From positions 1 to 64,000 of IMG/VR virus record IMGVR_UViG_3300027575_000002: a stretch of 64,000 bases of DNA. The stretch is one strand, 5' to 3'. Below the pieces are notes generated by a model. It was not told the origin of the DNA. It made no database searches and saw only the letters and a list, made by a program, of their open reading frames with translations. The stretch's first letter is position 1, and the number at the start of each line of letters is the position of its first letter. Source of the stretch: a virus. Of this stretch, positions 54,962 through 62,048 are shown one piece after another. The position numbers and the translations under genes were made by a program.

Positions 54962-55100
54962 GAACCACCATGCTCCTAGCCATGCAGACGAGTTTCTTAC
55001 AACCAGAGGTCTACTCCTGAGCTGGTTGGGTGCTACACCTCGTTGAATTTACTAGGGGCATACTTAACCCGTGACACCGAGGGAAGTGTGGGTCGGTGTG

Positions 55101-55211
55101 TGGACCATATTCGCCGAACGGTATCGGCGTGCTCTAGAGTGGCAGCGGGTGCGAGAGTCGCGATGCTAAACACCTGCATAAGTCTAACGGGTTCAACTCC
55201 CGGATGGTCCA
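55101..55211 (+). ncRNA. tRNA-like structured element (8-bp acceptor-like helix plus T-arm), non-canonical
   Basis: TGGACCAT (55101-55108) pairs with ATGGTCCA (55204-55211). T-arm ACGGG-TTCAACT-CCCGG directly abuts the 3' strand. 6-bp hairpin CGCCGA-ACGGTA-TCGGCG sits in the D-arm position. The 57 nt in between do not give a normal anticodon arm. Confidence 0.3.
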
Positions 55212-55230
55212 ATCCTCTAAGGAGGTATGT

Positions 55231-55674
55231 ATGGATCGACGACACCACATCGTACCACCGGGTCGAGTGCGCAGGGTGCGCTTCGTCCAGGTGGTACACC
55301 ACAGAAGGAGAAGTATCTTGGACGCAAAACTGAGTTGGATTCCGCCGGCACCGCCGATGCTGCCGAACGTGGCACCGGTCACGGCCTACGTAGTCAACCT
55401 AACGCAGAATGGGACCGCACTGCCGGCGGTGAACGTACCGCAGAGCGCAGCGAGTGACCTGAGCGGCTACTCGCTCGACCTGGCGACCGACGTACCGGGC
55501 CTAGTGATCGCCGACAACGATACGTTCGCGGGGTCGGTGCAGCCCGTCAACACCTCCGTCACCCCGAACCTCGCGGGACCGGCGACGCCGTTTGGTCCGC
55601 TGACCATCGTCGAGGCTCCGGTTACGGTCGCACCGGGACCGGTGCAGAACCTGACCTTCGTGCAGACGAGCTGA
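55231..55674 (+). CDS. hypothetical protein (Arg-rich N-terminus, FN3-like body)
   Basis: Strong SD TAAGGAGGT 5 nt upstream. Confidence 0.5.
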   Translation: MDRRHHIVPPGRVRRVRFVQVVHHRRRSILDAKLSWIPPAPPMLPNVAPVTAYVVNLTQNGTALPAVNVPQSAASDLSGYSLDLATDVPGLVIADNDTFAGSVQPVNTSVTPNLAGPATPFGPLTIVEAPVTVAPGPVQNLTFVQTS

Positions 55675-55697
55675 AAGTAAGGCCACGTGACCAGGAA

Positions 55698-55730
55698 CGG
55701 CACTCGCAAGCTGGGGTGCCGCTTCTCATT
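55698..55730 (+). terminator. candidate terminator hairpin
   Basis: CGGCAC/GTGCCG stem with 12-nt loop, then CTTCTCATTTC. Confidence 0.35.
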
Positions 55731-55757
55731 TCATAGTGTTATGGATGACTAGCAACC

Positions 55758-58013
55758 ATGCCACACCTACTAGCCTGCGACACAGAGTGTACCGGCGTCG
55801 ATCCTCGACATGGGTCGCGCCCGTACATCGTCACAACCTACGACCAAGACACCAAGCTTAACACATTCTGGCAATGGGACGTTGACCCAGTAACGCGTGT
55901 ACCACAAGTCCCGCAGGACGATAAAACGGCTATCCAAGCGCTGCTGAACTCAGCCGACCTCATCTACTTCCAAGTCTCGAAGTTTGATGGGCATATGCTA
56001 CGCACCATAGACGTAGAAATACCTTGGTCCAAGGTACGCGACACAATCATGTCGGGCCACCTCCTCGCAAGCAACCACCCGCACGGCCTGGAGAAGATGT
56101 GCGCTGAGTACCTTGGCTACGACATCGAGCACTTCGAGGCCGCAGTCCAAAAGGCGACGGTGTTGACCCGCAAGATTGTCAAGCGGGACTACCCGACCTG
56201 GCGACTGGCCAAGGAAGGGGACAGGTCCATGCCGTCTATCGACCAGTCCTCCAAGCGCGACGAGGACAAGGAGTGGAAGGCGGACATGTGGCTCCTGCGT
56301 GCTCTGATAAAGCAGACTGTGGCCGACTTGATAGGCGTACCTACCGAGGACTTCACCCTCGCGGACATTGAGGAGTCAGACCCGGACATCGTCCACGCCG
56401 CTTGCGATTACAAGGAGTACCCCTACGAGTGGCTGACGCTAACCAAGGACTACGGCAACGCTGATAGTGCGACTACGCTGCCCCTCGGCCTGCGTATGGA
56501 GCAATTGATACGTGAGCGCGGACTGTGGAAGATATACGAGGAGCGCATGAAGCTCCCGCAGATCGCGTTCGAGATGGAGGAGCGCGGTGTCACGGCGTCG
56601 GAGGTCAACACCCTCGGCGTAATCGAGCAGTACGGCATGGAGGCCGCGGAGGCGGAGGACCAGTGCGTCTCGATAGCCAAGAAGTATGGGCACGACCTGG
56701 AGCTACCCGCCGGTGCGACGGTCAACGACAGCCTGCGCGAGTTCTTCTACGGCAGTACGTGGCTGGAGTGCCCGCGCTGCGGCAAGGAGACCAAGGTCAA
56801 GGAGTGGAGCGACGTGCTCAAGGACGACAACCAGCTGTGCCCCAAGTGCGAGAAGAAGGGCAAGGGTCACGCCCTGGTCCACACCAAGGTCCACCGCAGG
56901 AGGAACCTGGGACTGGAGAAGGTCTATAGCGAGAAGACCGGCAACCCTACGCTCGACAAGGATGCGATGGCGTACTATCTGGCGACACTGGAGGGCGAGC
57001 CGTGGGACTTCGTGGACGCGCTGATGACCAAGCGCTCGCGCGCCGTGGCGGTCGGGTACGCGGAGTCCTACGTGTGGTTCTGGCTTCCGACCAAAGACCC
57101 GCTGTGGCGCAGGATGCACCCGACGTACAACCCGGTCGGCACGGACCACCTGCGGTGGAGCAGCTACAACTACAACATGCAGAACGTCTCCGACCAGGAG
57201 GACTCGCCGCTGCGCGGGTGCTTCGGCCCGGCACCAGGGCGGGAGTGGTGGTCGATGGACTTCAAGAACTTGGAGCTGCGCATACCCGCCTACGAGTCTG
57301 GCGAGCCTGCGATGATCGAGCTGTTCGAGAGGTCCAGCGATCCCCCATACTTCGGCAGCTACCACCTGCTGAACGCCAGCATCATCTACCCCGACGAGTT
57401 CTGGCCGCTGGCCGAGAGGGAGGGGGAGTTCAAGCACCAGCACAAGAACAAGTACAAGCGCATCAAGGGATTCGGCTTCGCGAAGCAGTACGGATGCGGG
57501 CGGCGCAAGGCCGACAAGGTGACGGGCGTCGCCGGGTCGTTCGACATGCTGGACGCCAAGCTGCCGCTGGTCGCCAAGCTCACCGACTACATTATCAACT
57601 TCGCGCGGAAGAACGGGTACGTGGAGACTATACCCGACAGGGATATCGACCCGGACAGGGGATATCCGATCCTGGCGTCGAGGGACGAGCGCGGCAACGT
57701 GGGCACGACCACGCCGTTCAACTACCACACCAGCGGTACGGCCATGCAGTGTACCAACAAGGCGATGGTCCAGTGCGAGGAGAAGGCCCTGCGACCGTGG
57801 AGGGCGGAAGGGTTCGACGCATTCATCACCGCGCAGGTGCATGACCAGCTGGTGTTCGACATGCCGGCCGGGGAGGGGATGAGCAACATACCGAGGGCGA
57901 CGAGGTTGAGGGAGCTAATGGAGGACAGCGGACGCGCGATTAGCATACCGACGCCGGTTTCGGTAGAGTTTATTCCGCATGGCAAGTCGTGGGCGGAAGG
58001 GGTAGCAGTATGA
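55758..58013 (+). CDS. family A DNA polymerase with 3'-5' exonuclease domain
   Basis: ExoI LACDTECTG; motif A MDFKNLELRIPA; motif B KRIKGFGFAKQYGCG; motif C QVHDQLVFD; CxxC...CxxC insertion at 56769-56849. Confidence 0.9.
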   Translation: MPHLLACDTECTGVDPRHGSRPYIVTTYDQDTKLNTFWQWDVDPVTRVPQVPQDDKTAIQALLNSADLIYFQVSKFDGHMLRTIDVEIPWSKVRDTIMSGHLLASNHPHGLEKMCAEYLGYDIEHFEAAVQKATVLTRKIVKRDYPTWRLAKEGDRSMPSIDQSSKRDEDKEWKADMWLLRALIKQTVADLIGVPTEDFTLADIEESDPDIVHAACDYKEYPYEWLTLTKDYGNADSATTLPLGLRMEQLIRERGLWKIYEERMKLPQIAFEMEERGVTASEVNTLGVIEQYGMEAAEAEDQCVSIAKKYGHDLELPAGATVNDSLREFFYGSTWLECPRCGKETKVKEWSDVLKDDNQLCPKCEKKGKGHALVHTKVHRRRNLGLEKVYSEKTGNPTLDKDAMAYYLATLEGEPWDFVDALMTKRSRAVAVGYAESYVWFWLPTKDPLWRRMHPTYNPVGTDHLRWSSYNYNMQNVSDQEDSPLRGCFGPAPGREWWSMDFKNLELRIPAYESGEPAMIELFERSSDPPYFGSYHLLNASIIYPDEFWPLAEREGEFKHQHKNKYKRIKGFGFAKQYGCGRRKADKVTGVAGSFDMLDAKLPLVAKLTDYIINFARKNGYVETIPDRDIDPDRGYPILASRDERGNVGTTTPFNYHTSGTAMQCTNKAMVQCEEKALRPWRAEGFDAFITAQVHDQLVFDMPAGEGMSNIPRATRLRELMEDSGRAISIPTPVSVEFIPHGKSWAEGVAV

Positions 58014-58495
58014 CGGCCGCACATCTACAGCACAAATTGCGAAGCAGCAAGGCATTCCGGCCAAGGATGTACAGACTACCCAAGCAATTGACGCTGACGC
58101 ACTTGCTAGATTGGCGCAACCTCGCGCTATTCATGGGATGGCCGTGGGTGGCTGATGGAGAGACTGAAGAATGGTCAAATACCGGATATGCAGGTGTACG
58201 GCACAGGGTGCAATTAACTAATGAGGAGGCGACAAAGAGACGGTGGAGTGACCTGTTGTGCCAACGGGTCAACGTCGGGCATCCGTGTGAACGCAAGCAG
58301 CAGACACGCGGTCAGTGGATGGCCGAGTGTCTGTCGCAAGGGCTGGGCATCAAGAAGGGGTCGATAGCAGCGCGAATAGAGGAAGCAAAGCGACTAAGAC
58401 CGGACTTATACGATCCGAATTGGCAGGCTACTCCAGAGAAGGCAGAAGTGCCTGCCGCATTCGTTGACGATTACGAACCAACGGTCATTCAGTAA
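58010..58495 (+). CDS. hypothetical protein ending in DDYEPTVIQ
   Basis: ATGA coupling to the polymerase stop; 161 aa. Confidence 0.5.
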   Translation: MTAAHLQHKLRSSKAFRPRMYRLPKQLTLTHLLDWRNLALFMGWPWVADGETEEWSNTGYAGVRHRVQLTNEEATKRRWSDLLCQRVNVGHPCERKQQTRGQWMAECLSQGLGIKKGSIAARIEEAKRLRPDLYDPNWQATPEKAEVPAAFVDDYEPTVIQ

Positions 58496-58560
58496 GCAAG
58501 CCAGGCGGCGGGAATGCCCATTGCTATTGCCACGATTGCGTGGCTCGCGTCCTGACGGCT

Positions 58561-58598
58561 AAAACGAGGAAACCCCCGCCAATTTGGATCGGCAGGGG
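58561..58598 (-). terminator. intrinsic terminator for leftward islet
   Basis: On the minus strand, CCCCTGCC/GGCGGGGG stem (one G-U pair), 10-nt loop, then TTTCCTCGTTTT. Confidence 0.5.
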
Positions 58599-58625
58599 TC
58601 TCGCGGGGAAAATTGGACGGTCGCA

Positions 58626-59084
58626 CTACGCGGTGGCGGTCGCCTGTTCCGCCGGCTGTTCGGTGGCGGGCGGGGTCGCGGCGGTCGTCTGCGCGGCCTT
58701 CGCCTTGGCCTTCTTCTCCGCCTTCTTCGCGGTTGCGGCCTCCTTCTCCTCGGCCCGCTTCATGTCCTCCTCGACCCTCTGGTCGTCGGTCATTGGGGTG
58801 GCCAGGATGAAGAGTTGATTGTCGGGCAGCTTGTCGCACGACTTGCCGTTGGCGTCGAACGCGAACTTGGAGGTCTTGACGGTCTTGTAGCGGATTCGCG
58901 CGGCGGTCTTGGCCTTAACCTTCATGTCGTCGCGCGTGATGGGGTCGTGGAAGTCCTCGCCCTGCGTGATGATCCACGGTTGGCCGTTCAGGATGGTGTC
59001 CCAGTCGTACTTGCACCCGGTCCCTCCGGTCGCGGCCTTGAACTCGAACGTCTTCCCCTTGTTGATTTTTACGGCTTGAGGCAT
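58626..59084 (-). CDS. hypothetical protein with Lys/Ala-rich histone-H1-like tail
   Basis: 152 aa from internal Met (MPQAVKINKG...); C-terminal KRAEEKEAATAKKAEKKAKAKAAQ. Confidence 0.5.
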   Translation of the reverse strand: MPQAVKINKGKTFEFKAATGGTGCKYDWDTILNGQPWIITQGEDFHDPITRDDMKVKAKTAARIRYKTVKTSKFAFDANGKSCDKLPDNQLFILATPMTDDQRVEEDMKRAEEKEAATAKKAEKKAKAKAAQTTAATPPATEQPAEQATATA

Positions 59085-59143
59085 GGTAGACTGACCTTTC
59101 GGATTGTGGTCTGGTGGGCCTCCCGACGCGGGAGGTATACCCA

Positions 59144-59362
59144 TCAGTCCGGTTGTTTGGCGGATCGCATGCTGTTGAGTACGAGGTCGGAGGCCAGACA
59201 AACGTCGCGGTTGGTGCCACCGTCCCATCGGACTTCGACCAGGTAGGGGTCGAGGGACACGACGGACAGGACCACACCGAGGCGACCGGTTCCCTTCTGC
59301 CGGACACGCTGGCGATCACCTATGCGTCGAGATGGAGAGGGGAAAGATTGCACGGCGTTCAT
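59144..59362 (-). CDS. hypothetical protein
   Basis: 72 aa; strong SD GGAGG. Confidence 0.5.
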   Translation of the reverse strand: MNAVQSFPSPSRRIGDRQRVRQKGTGRLGVVLSVVSLDPYLVEVRWDGGTNRDVCLASDLVLNSMRSAKQPD

Positions 59363-59384
59363 GGTCTGATCCTCCTATTCGCAT

Positions 59385-59402
59385 GAATGACGCACGTCAT
59401 TC
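59385..59402. promoter_or_regulatory. 18-bp palindrome GAATGACG-CA-CGTCATTC
   Basis: Perfect 8-bp arms, 23 nt upstream of the start of the minus-strand gene 59144..59362. Confidence 0.4.
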
Positions 59403-59558
59403 GTACATAGGTATCATAGCACCATACCGAACGAATGCAATAGCAGTATGACGAGAAAACGAAAATAGCTGGTAGGCAGGCAACATAAACCTATCGACGC
59501 GGTAGGATAGAACGGTAGCAACTAGCAACACACTACGTACTTACGGCGAGGTGCGGAC

Positions 59559-59739
59559 ATGCCGAAATTGATAGCACCGATACCAAAAAATACCGAAAAT
59601 AATTCGGAAATTCAACCATACTGGACGAGTAACATCCCCGGATTCAGCCGAGATGGTAAATCGAACCCTTGAGGCGATTGAGATAGTCAAAAACTACAGG
59701 TACGACCAAGCAGACTACGAACCGGAGGTAATACAATAA
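59559..59739 (+). pseudogene. decayed mini-gene carrying both terminal motifs in two frames
   Basis: ATG 59559 opens MPKLIAPIPKN... (stop 59670-59672). A second frame, open from 59575, ends ...NYRYDQADYEPEVIQ-stop (59737-59739), overlapping the primase ATG. Confidence 0.3.
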
Positions 59740-62048
59740 TGCCAAAGTTGATAGCACCCGCGCTGACTTCAACTGCTAACGAAATTGACCACCTTCGTGC
59801 GTTCGAGCACCACAAGATCGAACTGACGGACAGAGGCAGCGAGGCCGTGGGTACGTGCCCGTTTTGCTTGAAGGACGGAAAATTGTACGTCAGTACGGAC
59901 ACTGGCCAGTGGCAATGCAAGGTGTGCGGCAAGTCGGGCAACCCGCTAACGCTCCTGCGCGAACTGTGGGCAGTGAGCGATGCCGCTACCAATGGGGCGA
60001 GCAGGACACTGGCCGAGGAGCGCGGGCTGCTGGACCCGCTGACGGTGACGGCGTGGGGGGTGTGCCAGTCGGTAGTAGACGGCTGCTGGATGGTTCCGGG
60101 GTACGATACCAAGGGGAACCTGACGCAGCTCTACAGGCGCGTGAGGATGCTCAAGGGTAGCGAGTGGGTCAACGTGCTTCTGCCGACGCCGGGCGTGTGG
60201 CCAGACGGTAAGACGCACGCGCTGCACATGGCGAGCGGCACGTACGACCCGGCCAGACCACGCGTAGACATCATGGAGGGGCCGTGGGATGCTATGGCGT
60301 TCTACGAGGTCGCGCTGAGCAGCAAGTGGGGTACAGACGGTAAACTGGAGCCGACTGGGAGCATGTCGTCGTCCATCTTGCACGACACCAACGTGGTGGC
60401 CGTACCTGGATGCAACACGTTCCGCGACGAGTGGGTGGAGATGTGCAGAGGGAAGGACGTTACAATATGGTTCGACAGTGACCACCCGATAGTGGACTCC
60501 GCGACCAACGAGCCGCGCCGACCGTGGGTGAGGCCAGGGTTCGACGCCACATTCCGCAACGCGAAGAAGCTGTCGGGCATCGCCAAGTCGGTGAGGTGGC
60601 TGCGCTGGGGAAAAGAAGGATTCGACCCTGAAAAGAAGAACGGATATGACGTTCGAGACCACCTGCGGTCCAACGCCAACCGCAGGGTCGCGCTTGAGGA
60701 GTTGTACGCCAAGGTCGAGCCGGCACCAGCCGACTGGTTCTCGGCGGCGACCAACTACCACGTCGGCAACGGGACTACGCACGCAGGAGCCGCGCCGATA
60801 GAGCCGATCCACTGCGACAACTGGCAGGACTGCATATCGTCGTGGCGCGACCCGGTGAGGGGCGAGGCGGCGCTGGAGTGGCGGCAGGACATAGAGGACG
60901 CGCTGGCCGTGATGCTGGCGGTGTGCGCGAGTACCAAGCAGGCGGGCGGGAACCAGTTGGTATTCCAGTTGGTGGCACCGCCGTCCAGCGCCAAGACCAC
61001 GCTGTGCAAGGGCCTGCTGGTGTCGAGGACGTGCCACAGCCTGGAGAACCTGACCGGGTTCTTCAGCGGGTACAAGATACCCGGAGAGAAGGACAAGGAC
61101 TGCTCGCTGATAGCCAGGATCAACGGCAAGACGCTGGTGACGTGCGAGGCGGACGTGATGGTCAACAACCCGATGTGGCCGGAGCTGATGGCGGAGTATC
61201 GGCGAATCCACGACGGTGCGGGTGGCAAGACGTTCAAGAACATGGATACCGACTTGCTGCACGAGGGGCTGCGCACGCCCTGGATACTGGCGGGCACGGA
61301 GAAACTGCTGGACGTGGACATGAGCCAGGTAGGGGACCGATTCCTGCGGGTGAAGATCAACACGCCGACAGAGAAGGTAAAGCGCGACATCATGCGGCGG
61401 TCGTTCCGCAACGAGCTGTCGGCGATGGCGTCCACGAGCAACGGCACGGCGGCAAGCATCAACAACAAGTTGCAGGCTAGAGCGCAGGCGATCACCGGCG
61501 GGTACGTGGACTGGCTGCGCGACAACGTGGAGGCGAAACTGGCGACCACGGTGATGCCGGAGCGGAGCGAGGACATGTGCCTGGACCTCGGTGAACTGAT
61601 AGCAGACATGCGAGCCAGACCGAATACAGACAAGCGCAAGGTCGAGACGCACGACACCAAGGAGCTACCGGCCCGCATATCCGCGCAGCTCGGTAGGCTG
61701 GCGATGTGCGCTGCGGTAGCATTGAATAAGCAGGAGGTCAGCACCGACATACTCCGCTTGGTCCGCAAGGTGACCATCGACAGCGCTGACGGACACAGTC
61801 TCAACGTGGCGAAGTGGCTGTGCAGGACTACGGACAGCGGCAAGTCCCACCAGGAGATGATGGGCGTCACGCCGGAGCAGGTCAAGCTGTGGTCGGGCAT
61901 GGCGAACGACAGGGTGGAGGCGTACCTCGCGTTCATGTGCAAGATCGGGATAGTGCGGCGAGAGGGTCCGTCGCGCAGCGGCGGGTGGTGGAAGCTGACG
62001 GACAGGTCGGCGGACTTGTGCAACAGACTGGAGATAAAGTATGCCTAA
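59739..62048 (+). CDS. DNA primase (Zn-ribbon plus TOPRIM) fused to P-loop NTPase (primase-helicase)
   Basis: CPFCLKDGKLYVSTDTGQWQCKVCGKSG; TOPRIM-like DIMEGPWDAMAF and IWFDSDHP; P-loop-like APPSSAKTT. Confidence 0.75.
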   Translation: MPKLIAPALTSTANEIDHLRAFEHHKIELTDRGSEAVGTCPFCLKDGKLYVSTDTGQWQCKVCGKSGNPLTLLRELWAVSDAATNGASRTLAEERGLLDPLTVTAWGVCQSVVDGCWMVPGYDTKGNLTQLYRRVRMLKGSEWVNVLLPTPGVWPDGKTHALHMASGTYDPARPRVDIMEGPWDAMAFYEVALSSKWGTDGKLEPTGSMSSSILHDTNVVAVPGCNTFRDEWVEMCRGKDVTIWFDSDHPIVDSATNEPRRPWVRPGFDATFRNAKKLSGIAKSVRWLRWGKEGFDPEKKNGYDVRDHLRSNANRRVALEELYAKVEPAPADWFSAATNYHVGNGTTHAGAAPIEPIHCDNWQDCISSWRDPVRGEAALEWRQDIEDALAVMLAVCASTKQAGGNQLVFQLVAPPSSAKTTLCKGLLVSRTCHSLENLTGFFSGYKIPGEKDKDCSLIARINGKTLVTCEADVMVNNPMWPELMAEYRRIHDGAGGKTFKNMDTDLLHEGLRTPWILAGTEKLLDVDMSQVGDRFLRVKINTPTEKVKRDIMRRSFRNELSAMASTSNGTAASINNKLQARAQAITGGYVDWLRDNVEAKLATTVMPERSEDMCLDLGELIADMRARPNTDKRKVETHDTKELPARISAQLGRLAMCAAVALNKQEVSTDILRLVRKVTIDSADGHSLNVAKWLCRTTDSGKSHQEMMGVTPEQVKLWSGMANDRVEAYLAFMCKIGIVRREGPSRSGGWWKLTDRSADLCNRLEIKYA

